Assembly: GCF_000143415.4 (NCBI RefSeq)
Contig: NW_003314268.1
Span: forward strand, 1,873,243 to 1,937,242
Length of the DNA: 64,000 nucleotides
From: Selaginella moellendorffii
Taxonomy: Eukaryota > Plantae > Lycopodiophyta
Direction of reading: 5' to 3'
How positions within the stretch are numbered: the stretch's first letter is position 1; each line of letters begins with the position of its first letter. Below, piece by piece: positions 50,996-64,000 of this stretch. The notes under the pieces were generated by a model. The model was not told where the DNA came from. It searched no databases and was given only the letters and a program-made list of their open reading frames with translations. Both the position numbers and the translations under genes were made by a program.

Positions 50996-52023
50996 GTTGC
51001 CTCTCAGCTCAACTAACTCGTCCTCTCTTCCTCTACAAAGTACAAACAGCACCTAGAAAATAGATGCAAGCCCGTATGTTTTCAAGTCAGCTTTGAGTAT
51101 CGATCCTCACTTAAACTCTGTCTTCCTCTCTTTCATACTAGGCTAACCTTCTGTCCCGGTGAAACAAAGAGCCGTGCTAATGGAACTGGGATTTCATGTG
51201 TGATCCTCGGAGGATTCTACACAGTAGTCGATGTTGACATGCTTGCTGATTAGTTCTGCAAACGCACACATGTTTATTCTTTTCTTTCTTTTATTTTTTC
51301 GTTACTTCAGAGAACCAGGATAATGGGTTTTCACGGAAGGCAGGCTCATCAATGTGATCGAGCTTTATATAGGAAATTGCAAAGGAGGTTTTTCGCTGTG
51401 CTAGAAGCCGTAGAGTTCAGAGATACTTCTGCCGCTATCCAATGCCTAAGGGCACACCATGCATACGTGGCAAAAGGGAAGAGAGAAGGACATGAAAGGT
51501 AGATTGAGCTCATCTTGCTCACACTCCCTTCTCTCTCACTTTTCCTGCACAGGGAAAACTATATTCCTTTGTTTTTCTCTGTCGCCGCTGGGGAGGAGTA
51601 AATGCAAGTGAGGAGCCATAAGTTGATGGGTCAGCCATACATGCAGGGATGACATAAAAGCTTGTTCTTTGAGGGCTGTGTTCTTATTAAAACTTTCCAT
51701 TGTGACAAGCTTCTCTGCACGTGATACCACAGCTCTTTAGCTTGCAATGAATAATGTTGAATAAGCCAATCTTGCCAACTGTGTGCTTTCTCAGCTGGTA
51801 AATCCTTTGGAGGCTACCTTTTGCGTTTCTTACATTGGTTTTTTCTTCAGTTACAAAAAACAAAAAGTGTGGAACAGCCAGATTCATGGATCACCACATC
51901 AACCCAATAAAAAGAGAGATCAGAGATATATAATCCAGTTTCTTTGGCAAGAATAAGTGACCATGATTTTCCTGTAAATAATATTTTAAAAATTTGAAAA
52001 ATAATGATAATATAGTTTTCAGT

Positions 52024-55000
52024 TATGAGTGCATGGAATATGGAAAGAGAATACAGAAAATATGCATATCAATTAGTTCAAAACCTTAGTTTATTTATAG
52101 GAGTGAGTGGTCTAGATTGAAACCAATCCAACAACTAAAAATCCCACTACTAATATTAGTATATGGCATAGAATTTCATATCATCCCCTCCTCTCGAAAT
52201 GATGGAAGACTGTCAAGGTTCTCTCATGGATGGGCCGGGATCTAGAGGAACATCAGGAGAAGGCATTTGTGGATCTATAGGTGGTGCCAGTTGTTCCTAA
52301 TCCCTTTATAGGAAGCATTTCAACCCACTGCATATGCACAATTTCTGGAGGGTCAGTCTACTGGACATCATGTCGAACCTTAAACTTGTAATCGAACTTG
52401 CTGCAGTATCTGATATGGTCCTTTCCACTGAGCAAGGAGCCCTTTAGATAAACCACATACTAGATGGGGAAAACAGACTAACACTAAATCATCCACTTTG
52501 TATTCCGTAGGTGGACAATGATGGGAGTTGTAGCACCATTGTTATCCCACTTATATGCAGCCTAAATGTTTGGTAAACTTTGCTCAAACAAGTGGAAGAA
52601 TGCTAGTCAAATACTGATCCCATGACCTAGCCATAGTAAACCCAACCCCGTTGTTAGTATTGGAATATGACCAAATAAAAGTTTATATGGTGAAGCACCA
52701 ATAAAATTCTGCACCCCTGTGATATATGCATACTAAAAAGACGGCAAATAACCATCCCAATCTGAATGCTGAAATTTCACAAACTTTGCAATCATCCATT
52801 TGAAAGTCTGAACGAGCCGTTCCACCAAACTATCTAACTATGTGATAAACACTCATAAAAGTGTGGCATATCCCTAACTGAGACATCAAAATGTGAAATG
52901 CCTCAACCATAAATGTAGGACCATTATCCAAAAGAATATGCTTTGGATAGGAATGCTACTCAATTAAGGAAGAAGTATTTAACAGTAGTTGTAGATGTAG
53001 CAAGAGCACTAACTTCCACCTAATGAGTCAAGTAGTCAAAAATAATAATAACATTATAAACAACCAAAGAGAACGATTTGAGAGACGATCCATGGGGTTC
53101 AAATATAGAGGGAAAGGGCCCATGAATAAGAGTGCACCCCCTTTTCCAATTGGTTAAGGGTCTTAGGATACTTGGGGTTAAGTGTCCTTGGGTTTGAATA
53201 GTATTGGGCTGGGTGACCTCCCGGGAAGTCCAAACTCAGGAGCTTACATTTGGTATCGGAGCGGTCTCAGGTCAGACTATGTTGGTTGGCTAGGGGAATC
53301 ACACTAGCTTACATTTGGTATTGGAGCGGTCTCAGGTCAGACTATATTGGTTGGCTAGGGGAATCACACCACATGTTGATTGACATCTGGCTGGTCCAGT
53401 TTGCTCTCGCTGGGCTCAATCTGAGGGGTAGAGTGAGGAGAGCTGCGGCTCTCAGCTTCTGTTCACAAGGGCGTGAACTTGCAGGGAAGCGTGGTGGATT
53501 GTAAGCAACCAAAGAGAACGATTTGAGAGACGATCCATGGGGTTCAAATATAGAGGGAAAGGGCCCATGAACAAGAGTGCACCCCCTTTTCCAATCGGTT
53601 TAGGGTCTTGGGATACTTGGGGTTAAGCGTCCTTGGGTTTGAATAGTATTGGGCTGGGTGACCTCTTAGGAAGTCCAAACTCAGGAGCTTACAAACATAC
53701 TCATTGCCAGCAGTCGATCATAAAAAAGGTCCCATTAAATCAGAAACCACCAACTCAAATAAACAGAAAATTGTAATTGACTCTAACTGTCCTTCCACAA
53801 TATAAGAGGGAGTATTACAAGCTTGGCACCAAACACAGCTATGCACATACCAAATAACATCATGTCGTATCTTTGGCTAATAAAAAGATCTATGCAACTT
53901 TTCAGTCACACAACAATATTCTATATACCCACCTAAAATAAGAGATTTATGGTAGGCATGGAAAAAGTGTGGAATGAAGATCGAAGGCACCACCAGTTGT
54001 ATATGATCATCAGGATCCATCCCCACAAAATAAAGAAGACCGTCCTTAGGTGATATTAAGAATGTAAATGCTGAAATGGCAAGTCATCAGTAAATATGCA
54101 GGATTCTCAAATCGGCTTATCAAAAACATGAGAAGAGAGCAAAAAAGGAAGAAGAGCTCAAAAAAGGGCATCAACATCAACCATAGAATTCCCTAGTGAT
54201 GAACAACATCAAAATCATATATCTAAAGCTTCAAAGCTCACCAAACAGTATGGCCAACCAAGTTCTTCTGTTTTAATAATAAAGTAACTATAGTATAATC
54301 ACTTTCTAATAACATTTGAGAACCATGTAGATATACATAAAGTTTCTTAAAACCCCAAACTACTACTAAACACTCCTTCTCTATTGTGGAGTAATTCACC
54401 TTCGCTGGTTGTGATATATATCTGTAGAATGGCATTGACTAAGCACACTCAAGCTCTCTTGCATCAACACACCTCCAAGACTGATATCAAAATGCAAAAT
54501 GAAGGGTCGAGTGTAGTCAGGATACACCAAAACCAAAAGAGTTGTCAATAGCTCTTTAAAATGCACAAACCCCCACTTACAGTCTACAAACTAGATGAAA
54601 GATAATATTGACGATATCAACAATGCTTACAATGGTGTAGTGCAATTAAAAAGATGATCAACAAAATGACTAAGATATTGCACCTTGCTCAGGAAGTGCT
54701 GCATATCATTCACACACTTCGGAGTAGGGAACTTTAGAATAGTCACAAGTTTGTTAGGATCAACTTACAAACCCTCATGAAAATATGGTATCCAAGTTAA
54801 GTTATGTCCTTGGAGCACTTCAATCGCTTCCGCTTTAAACCAACTTGTCATAGCTGATCCAACACCTATGAATATCATGGATATGTTCCTCCCACGTCCT
54901 TTTTGAGTGGATCAAGATATCATCAATGAAGTCAGCAATCATCTATGGCATATCGCAAAGAATCTTGTCCACATCCATTGGAAAGTTGCTGGAGCATTGT

Positions 55001-57442
55001 TCAAACCAAACAGCCAAGAACTCATATAAACCAAACAATGTACAAAAGCAATCTTAGAAATATCTTCTTTAACCATCAGTACTTGTCAATACCTAAAAGT
55101 AAAATTTAACTTGGTGAACCAACGACTTCTCCCAAGACAATCCAAGAGATCAGCAGTATAAAGAAGAGGGTACACATCTAGGATTGTCATTTCATTTAAT
55201 AGATGATAGTCGATGCAAAAATGAATACTCTCATCAAACTTCATCACAAGATGAGGTTCACAAGCCTAAGGACATTGTGACTTTTGAATAACACCATTTT
55301 CCAACATTTTCTTGACATTTGGAGGTAAAATCTTGATCTCTTTGGGTGACTAATGACGAACTGGAACGTTAATTGGACAAGCATCCCCAGTTGAAATAGG
55401 ATGACATATAGCAATTTTGGCCTCAAATGACAGGTCAAATTCAAAGAGATTGGTATACTCTTTCATGAGCCAGTCAACCACTGCTATACAAAGACTATTG
55501 GAAAGATCAAAAAAGGGAAGAGAGAAACAAGATAGAAACATAGGAGGAAGCAATTGGGAAACAAAAGTGATGGAAGCAAAGGTAGAAGCAGAAGGATGAA
55601 GAAGTACAAAAGTGAGAGGAATAAAAGAAATATAAGGAAGTATGAGACAAAGAGAAGAGGCCTCAAAGTCACATTTGGCATGATTGCGCTACAACCAATC
55701 CATACCAAAGATGAAGTCAAAAGCTTAACTCGGCACCACCCGCAATGACTGCAACCCAAGCTCAAGATTGCCCACACATACAACTAGGTCCACCTCATCC
55801 TGTGCACATGCATGTATACGGGTGTTGCCATAAAGAATGAAAACTAGTTCCACCGCATGATGCAAGTGTAGACAGCAATGTGTGGCAACCAATCCATACT
55901 AAAGATGAGGTTAAAAACTTGACTTGGCACCACCCACAATGACTGCAACTCAAGCTCGAGATCACCCACATGTACAACTAGGTTTGCCTTATCCCATGCA
56001 CATATGTGCGTACGGTCATTGCCATAAAGAATGAAAATTGACTCTGTTGCATGATGCAAATATAGATGGCAATGTGTGGCAAAATGAACTTAGAAAGTAA
56101 ACATTGGATGGACTAGTGCCGAGTGAACCCCTTGATGATACTCCCAAAAGAAAGATGTAAAAGTCATTGACTTATTTGTGCAAGGTCCCTCCACTACTTG
56201 CATGACTTCTCATTTCCCGAATGCATCTCAGTGTCTAGACCTTCTATTGTAGCAACACCAATAGAACATTGTTGATGGCAAGGTCTCCACCCTGGAAATA
56301 GAGGTTGCCAATCCAGAAAATGCTGACAACATTGATAAGTATAACCAACTTCATCACACACCTAGTAGTGGACATCATGGCCACAACCACAGCCTCACCC
56401 TTGTCCTTGAACTCAAGCAACAACAACATCAACCTCTATTGGAATAGGACCATCTCTCACGGGAAATGGAGTTGAAGGATATGCAGTGAGAAGTGGAAGA
56501 GGTGACATTTCATAATGTTGTGCTAAGCGAAGAGCATCGTCAAGGGTGGCTGGAGCAAGTGCATGCACAAGTCTTACTAAATCTTGATGAAATATTGGCC
56601 ACAACATTCCTAATTTGATTCACTTTGATATATTTGTCTCTGCATGAAGCAAAAAGCTTTGGAAAAAAATGCCAAATTGCATCACTAACTCAAATAAGCT
56701 TTGACAAAGATGATGCAATCGTTGGAAGGCATCATCACAATTGTTAGCATGTCCAAATGCATATTTGAAAATGTTTAAGAGAATACTCTAATCCTCATGA
56801 GTGGCTGCACTTAAACCATTGTACCACTATAGTGTTGTCCTTTAGAGCCATGTGGGAAACTCATGAAAACATCAAGCATCATCCCAATAATGATATGTGG
56901 CAATCACTGTGAAGTGATTAAACCAATGGTACAAATCATCCCTAGGATTTCTATGGAAGAACTCAGCCGGATGTGAGGATTAGTAGCAAGAGTAGGAGGA
57001 GTTATACCACGTGCTATGAATGTTGCCATCAATTGAGTCTGATTATTCAATTGCAACAACATAGCATCGAACAATTGCACCAACTACTACTCCAGAGTCA
57101 AAAAAGGAGGAGACTACTATTCTGCCATGGAGATGAATGAAAAGGAAAGAGCACAAGAAAAGAAATGGAAAAAGCTAGAAGGATAGGGAGATCTAGATGA
57201 TACGAAAGCTAAATCTAAACCAAAATCCCAAATCCAAGCACTCCTCAGGGACAATGAAATGTGCCCTCACCTCCACCAATGTGAATGCATGGAATATAAA
57301 AAGAGAATACAGAAAATGTGCATATCAGTTAGCCCAAAAATCCTAGCTTATATACAAAAGCGAGTGGTCTAGATTGAAACCAATCCAATGACTACTAAAA
57401 TCCCACTATGCTAATATTAGTATACAGAATTGTAACTATACA
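52024..57442 (-). mobile_element. Decayed full-length Ty3/gypsy retrotransposon with short (~160 bp) LTRs
   Basis: Diverged direct repeats at 52024-52183 and 57280-~57442. PPT at 52184-52195 and TGG-PBS next to 57279 on the minus strand. Remnants of gag, protease (tandem ~200-bp duplication 55670-56080), RT (FIDDILIHS), RNase H (NYSTIEKECL) and integrase. Confidence 0.82.
53055..53693 (+). mobile_element. Cassandra-type TRIM with 5S rRNA-derived segment in the LTRs
   Basis: 194-bp LTRs at 53055-53248 and 53500-53693, TSD AACAT, PBS TGGTATCGGAGC (iMet type) and purine-rich tract at ~53483-53498. Each LTR has GTTAAG(C/T)GTCCTTGGG...AGTATTGGGCTGGGTGACCTC...GGAAGTCC, matching the 5S box A-box C region. 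Confidence 0.9.
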
Positions 57443-58291
57443 CTTGGACCTCACATAGTCATTATTCAGTCATAAAAAATTTAAATTTATTTCATCATGT
57501 ATTGCTGCAAAATAAATGTGATAGATCCGGAGCTCAGAAAAAAAGGAGCCTTAAAACTCTTTATTTGTTACCTCCTTGTTTTTCTGTCTTCCAAAGGTTA
57601 TTTCTAATCATGATCCAGATTTCCTAGGGAGTGCTGGATATGTGTTTACAGATCTACAAAGCTTTATGAGAGTCGAACTCTATATGTGAAACTAATTTCT
57701 TTGAATACTTATTTCTATGTGTTCCAGTGGAGCTGGATTCCTTGTTAAAAGAAAATAGAACTAGCATTGCAAAATTTTGGAAAGCCAAATTCATGTAGAA
57801 TTTTCAAAAACATAAAACAGACATTGATAGGTGGGGGCAGCCGTGTGGCCATCTGCTAACGACATGATTGAGGCCACATAGGATGGGAAACCTGCTTTTG
57901 ATAGGGAGCTGCGGCCTCAGCATAGGCCAACCTTTCACCTTCTATGAGGAGAAATTTTGGCATGCACACGAAGATTCATGCAGCAACGTCCAGCATATGT
58001 CTATGGTCTTTCGCTGTTAGCTCTCCCATCTAGAACTCACACGCAGTTACTACAGGGCCAGCGAGGAGCTGTAAGGGAAACATTTCCAAAGTTAAACACC
58101 ATAGAAATAAAATGCTCAGATAATGAATTTTGCGGGATGGAAGCTGGCATCCGGAAGAAACTTGCTGAGTGCTCCCCAAAGGACCATCTAGTCCAGTGAA
58201 ACGAGAGAGAGAGAGAGAGAGAGCCTTCACTCCCGCAGTTCACCTGTGGGGATTTTTCCAGAATTAGCTCCAGTCATTCTCAGCAAGGCAA

Positions 58292-61200
58292 TTACACTCG
58301 CCTGACGTTCAGGTGTATCCTCCCGGACTCAAGCCGGAAGTTAGCCTGCTCGCCTTCCACGCCGATCTCCTCCATGTCACCGTCCTGACAGCCATCTCCT
58401 GCCACCCGTGCCACTTCCGACTCGATCATCTCCAGGAGGCCGACTTTGTTTGGTTGTTTTGTCGCTGAGTCCGTGCGAATGCTGTAGTGGAGTGGAGAGT
58501 CGCTCCTCAATTGCTTCGTGGGAGAGGTGTGGATTGTACAGTGGATGGGAGACTCACTTCTCACGGCACAAGATTCCGGGCCAAGTCGGACGTTGATCTT
58601 TCGAACTTCCCTACCGCTGTCACCTCTGTTGTTTGGATGCTGCGGGCATTTTGGATTCTCCGCTGCTGGCGTAGTCCACCTGTTTCCCTTGTTGCAGCAA
58701 ATACATCTGCTTTGTGTTCCGGGCCCTGACGTATCCCACCTCTGGGACCGTTTTCTTCCCTGCATTGTCCCAATAAGCTTCTTCTCCGGCTCCTTTGGCT
58801 TCCGTGCCGTGATAAACATTCGGAAGACTCTCACCACTTCCTCGCCCAGAGCACTGCACTTGTTGTCCGTTGCTGTCGTGCCGTCCAAAGCGGACTGCAC
58901 ACCGGTGCTCAGCTTTTCTACTTTAGTGTCAAGAATCCTGCGTTGATCAATCAGTGAGATCTGGGATCAAGACGCTCTTGAAATGCGTACCTTAAGTTGG
59001 TGTAAGTAGCGGAAGCTACGTGATCAATTCGGTTCTCAAGTAGTATCAATCTCGCATCAAGTGAAATGGCAGCTCCTGCCTTGAGTCGTCTCTTCCGTCT
59101 TACATTTCCCGGGTTCTCCAACAAATCCACCCTTTTTTCCACTTCTTTAAGCACAGTCGCCGCAGTCTCAAACTTGGGAACCAGTAAGGCCGCAGACTTC
59201 TCTATCCCCCGCAGTTCATCAACTGAAAGTATCACGCTGGCTTGAGTATTCTCCAGCTTTCGAACTTTCTTGCCAGTGTCTCTGATCCTCGTTTCCAGGA
59301 TCATCAAGTTCCTTATCAGTGTGTCGTCCTTTCCTTTCAGTTCCAGCTCCGTCTCATAAGACTCATCTTTAGAGTCAATCACACCACCATTCCGTTTAGT
59401 CTTTGTGAACTTCGATAGCAACCCTTCGGCCTTCTCTGCAAGTGCCGTGATCTCAGAAGCGGCCGAGCTTGCAGCATCCCGCTCCTTTTCTAGAGCAGAA
59501 AACGCATCCTTGAGACTCCGCTGAAATTCGCGAACTTCTGTAGTAGCATATTCTTTTTCCTGGTTTAAATCCATACTCATCCTCCGAACTTCTGTAGCGA
59601 ACGCGTCCTTTACTTTGCATATATCTTGTTCTAAACTCTCCTGAAGGTCTAGCGACTTTCTCCTTACCTCGGAAAGAACAGCCCCAGCCGATTCGGCAAC
59701 CATATCCTTCTCCAGAGCCAGCGATTCTTGGAATTCACAGCTCTTTCTGCGGGCATTGAGCTTCTCGGAGCTCACACTTCCAATCACATCCTCGACCATT
59801 TGACCAGCCTTTGAAGCAGCAGACGCAGCGTCAGATGCTGCAGAGATGGCCAGATTCTTTTCCTTCTCAATAAACGATATTGTTGTATCCATCTTGTTTT
59901 TAGTCTCCTCAATATTGCCAAGTAACTGCGGCAGGCTTTCAAAGTGCATCAACTTGAACTCAAGGTCCCCGACAGATCGCTTCATGGATAGATAGTCTTT
60001 CTTCACGTCTTCCACGTCGATCCTTGCTTGCATTGCTTCCTTCCTCACATAATGGAGCTGCTTCTTTAATTGATCACTGTCTTCCTGAACATCTCCAGGG
60101 TCCTCCTTCAAATTATCTTTTCGTCCTTTCCCAATCGAGTCCACTTGGCTCCAAAGAGTCCGAAGCTCGTCCTTTACTTCACCTATGGACCTTTCCTTCA
60201 AGCCTTGACTGGAGCTCTCCTTCTGAGGGAAGCAACTTTCTATCGCCTGACGTATGTAGCCACGTCTGATGTCATCTGAGTCGATCCCCCTCTTGGTTTC
60301 CTCCTCCCTGCGGAATTCTATTTCCGGTAGCCTTATCTTTGATTTTGAGAGTGCCTCCACTTCCTTCCAAAGGAGGCACAGAGCTTCTTTCATTTCCGTT
60401 ACGGTTCTTTCTTTTCCAACCAGGCTCTCGAGCTTGTGAGGCAGAAACTTCTCGAGCGCTTCTTTTATTAAGCTTTCCACTCGGTGTTTGCCACCCATGC
60501 CGGCTAGTTCCACCTCCGTCAAGAAAGATTCACACTTTGCTGTCATTTCGCGCTTCAGGTCCTCAACGTCTCTAGCAATTCCGAGCTCCAATATTTCAAA
60601 GTCGCTTTTGAGACTCGTCTTGATCCCCCCCATAGAATTCGAGATTTTCTCGTCAACATTTTTTAACAGTACAGCCTTTGTTTCCACGAAGGAGAAGTTC
60701 ATCCTGTCTTTCAAGTCTTCCATCATAGCAGATGACTCGTCCTTGACATGCTGTAGCTTTTCCTTTTTCTGAGCCTCACTCAAGGCCCACAAGTCCTCCG
60801 CTGCAGCCAAGTCATTGCTTAATCCTTCCATAGTTTTCTTAACTTCTTCCTGTATACTCCTTTTTATAGACATGATGTCAACTTCCATGTCATGTCGCAA
60901 ATATTGTAAATCCTTTTCGAGATTTTCCGTTCTCGACCGCCACAGTCTACCTTCCTCATCAAACCGCAGTTTGAAACCATCCAAAGAGCCCTTAAGTTCG
61001 ATGACAAGTGCCTGGAGATTAATAAAGTCGTCTTCTAAAGGTGCCAATGCCCGAGTGATGGGACTCCCAGAAAATTCTCTCTCCCTGTGACGAAAATCTA
61101 ACCAATAGTCTGACCGAAAATCTGCTCGAGAAGCTGCTCGAGAGCCTCGAGAGTCCGATGTTAGCAGTTTCTTAGAAAGGTCCCGAAGCCTATCTGTCCC

Positions 61201-61945
61201 AGACCTGTCTTCCAGACTTCCAAACCTCCAGCGGCCATCTCTGTCACCTTCGTCGTGATGGCCACAGGACGAACAAGCTCTATGGGACTCCTCCCAGAAC
61301 TTCGGAACTGCATGACGAGGTAACGTCAGTGTCAACTCCTTGCTGTACTTGCACTTATAAACCGTTAGTAGAGGTAAAAGAACTTCAGGAAACAAAACCT
61401 GCTGAGCTCTTTCTTGGGCTCCTCAAAGGACTCTTACTCTTCCTGGCCGGCGATTTTCTTGAGACCGGCGACACAGAACGCCTGCTCAATGGAGCCTCAC
61501 TCAGTCTCGTCGACCAATCTTCCCAAGTTTCCCGCTGCTTAATTGTCTTCTTCACACTTTTTCTAGCCTTCTTTGGTGACTTCACTGGCTCAACATGCAG
61601 TCTTGATGTCTTTGGTGCTCTTAACAACGCTCGAGGAGGCTTGAGTTTGGAAGTCGTCCTCCTGCTCCTGTACGGCGAGTTTCTGCCGTGCATATCGGGC
61701 TCAAGTTGTCTGATTCTCTTCTCGACGTCAACTAGGACGATTTGAAGGTCCGCAATCTGGCTTTCCCCTCTGTTCAGATGGTAATTCGGATGGCGCGGGA
61801 TCGTCGACAGCAACAGTGCCTCAAACTTCTTCAGGTGCCCAAGTTCATCTACGTACAGTCCTGCTTTCCGTGAAAAGTTTGCCTTCTTAAGACACAAGCG
61901 CGCACTTCGACAATAATAACTCAATGGCAGGGCTGGCTGGTCCAT
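58292..61945 (-). CDS. Large coiled-coil protein with an N-terminal USP8-dimerisation (MIT-like) domain
   Basis: YYCRSARLCLKKA...LLLSTIPRHPNY resembles the USP8_dimer domain. Introns ~61398-61308 and ~58990-58938 link ORFs 61385-61945, 58951-61395 and 58292-58900. Long heptad-rich region and a C-terminal RCICC motif. Confidence 0.62.
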
Positions 61946-62929
61946 TACACCGACATTGCTCTATCCCTGGCAGTATATCAGCACTGAACATAAGACTTTC
62001 GGGCGTTCCTTTTCGTTTCCTTTGAGTTGGTAGAATGGATCAGCTCTGGATAAAGGCTAGTCCAGCTTCCAACGGCCGACAAGAACAAATGCTATGCGCT
62101 TTCTTGCAGCAGTTAGACCTATGTTTTTCATCAGCTGAAATTGCCGGTAAGTTATTCCAGTTGAAAACGGAGCGTAAAGAACGGAATCGAACCGGGTTTT
62201 TCAGGAACAACATCACTCGAATTCAGTTGAATGAGGATCGAACCTAAACCTCAATGCTTTTGGTTCGAAACTGATACATGAAAGCATTCGTAGGTACAAA
62301 ATCTGAACTTTGCCAACTACGTTCAGCCGAAATCAATACATTTATCTTACAAGTGAAGCATCTTTTTGCTTGGAACAGATAACGTTTGTTATGAATCAAT
62401 GAAAGTCGATTATCCTTTTCAAACGCTTCGATCAGGCCAACAATGTTTTCTTCACGTTTATGAAGTCCCACTTCGTCGGCTACGATCAACAGAATCCCAA
62501 GCCAACGCCTAAATTCAAGGTAAAAAACCAAGATACATCCTTGCCGTAAAAACTCTTTGGCTGCTGGCTTTTGGAAGCTGTTTTCTTTCCACTGCAAAAG
62601 GGAAAATCATGAGCTTATGATTGCTTATGAGACGCTACGTTTGTTGTTCTGCATTCTGGGGATAGCTTTTCAAGTATACGCAGACAAGACATACCGCTGG
62701 TCTTGTAAGGCAGCAGACATACCACTGCATCGAACTAATCCTCTGCGGCCATAATATAGTAGCTAATCAATCATAAGAACAAATTAACAACTATTTTATG
62801 TGATTAATAATTAGTTATGTTTTACTCTACCGCTTTGTCCACTCACCTATCTTTGGTTTTGGCGTTGGGCTTGCGAAGATTCTTCCCAGTAAGTGCTCTT
62901 CTGCTTCCTCCTTTGGCTGGCCATTCCAC

Positions 62930-63530
62930 ATGAACTGAGTGACATCGTCCACCTTGGACAGCTTGAGCAAAAGCTTATCATCTACTTCTCCTTCGAATGG
63001 TTTGATCTCGATGCCTGAACCTCTACATTAGCCTCTTCAACTCATGCTTAACCTTTATTCTACGCACGAAACCGGTCCTTGTCCTGATGCAATCCTCAAT
63101 GCCCTGACAACGCAGTAAGCCATTGCCATCTTGCTCAAGAACGCCTCCAGTGCTCATGTTCTTCTTCCATACCAGCGCGTTCAGGTTCAGCGGGTTGCCC
63201 TGTTTTTTCTTTCCCTCTTTCAATTGATGATCATCCCCTGTTGACACCTGCGAGGCTGTTTTCTTGGACAAAATGTATCAAAGAAAGCACAATTTGGTGC
63301 TAGGTACCACTTTCTTGACAAGGCAGACTGCACTTCTGCTTCGGACTCCCTTGGCTGGCCAATCCACAGGAACTGGGTGACATCTTCCACCCTGGACAGT
63401 TTGAGGAACTGTTTCTCAAGCCCCCTATCATCTGTTTCTCCTTTGAATGGCTTGATCTCAATGCCACAAGATGGCGAACATCATCCACCCAAACTAGCCT
63501 CTTCATGTTGCACTTAGCAAGCTTGGACAT
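62930..63530. repeat. Diverged duplicated ~120-150 bp unit, probably in an unidentified minus-strand gene
   Basis: GAACTG(A/G)GTGACATC.TCCACC.TGGACAG...TTCTCCTT.GAATGG.TTGATCTC.ATGCC...TAGCCTCTTCA at ~62932-63040 and ~63370-63505. Confidence 0.5.
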
Positions 63531-64000
63531 CCTTGACAAATCCCTGTCACCACCTGGTGCAATCTTTAATTTACCTCGCTGATCAGATGCGCAAATGCAG
63601 TCACAGAATCATTAACATGATTTGAGTCTGATGTTAGATTATGATTTCGTATACCTGGGCCTCTTGAGTTTTTTCTGCAAATGAATGTGTCATCTAGATC
63701 CAGCACCTGTCCATTCCTTCCCGCAGCCCCCTAATCAGGATTCCTCTTCTTGCATCCACCATCCATGGCACTTACACTTTTTGGTTTGCTTAAAGCCAAA
63801 GCAAAATATGCCTAAATTTTCTAGGATATTCTACCATCTACATTTCAATTAATACTAGCAAGGAATCCAGCTCCGCTGGAATAGATAGAACATCTGTTAT
63901 ATAGGTGACATGAATCCTAAAGAATTAGTTGTTTGTTTTCATCATCCAAGTAGTGATGATGTATATTTATTATTCATATATATATGTATATATATATATA

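Noticed and set aside
53176-53232. 5S rRNA gene
   Set aside because: Only the internal box A-C portion is present, embedded in both TRIM LTRs.
57830-58200. Possible plus-strand gene fragment
   Set aside because: It is short, has stops nearby and has no recognisable domain.

Overview
Eukaryotic plant genomic DNA. The ~45-60 nt introns, tight gene packing, centriole/cilium-type genes and TTTAGGG suggest a seed-free land plant such as Selaginella (inference). Bases ~1-36.5 kb are a nested transposon cluster: decayed Ty3/gypsy pieces, five copies of a 1.6-kb LTR, and three rearranged copies of one large (>13 kb) DNA transposon. That transposon is the main finding. It encodes a Sola1-like (DUF7869-type) DDD transposase and, divergently, a multi-exon cargo gene. 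I can splice the cargo gene in frame into ParB-like domain + degenerate beta-class amino-methyltransferase-like fold + disordered linker + FCP1/NIF HAD-phosphatase-like domain. The element also carries >20 copies of a 22-bp palindrome (ATGGCRTG-N6-CAYGCCAT) that I do not see outside it, so it is a candidate ParB/parS-like or VANC-like self-recognition system. Bases 37-51 kb hold host genes (FAM114-like, STK11IP-like LRR, DPY-30, RING-PHD, Sfi1-like). Bases 52-57.4 kb hold a decayed gypsy element with a nested 5S-bearing Cassandra-type TRIM. Bases 58-62 kb hold a USP8-dimerisation-domain coiled-coil gene. All domain calls are by-eye motif recognition, not database searches.
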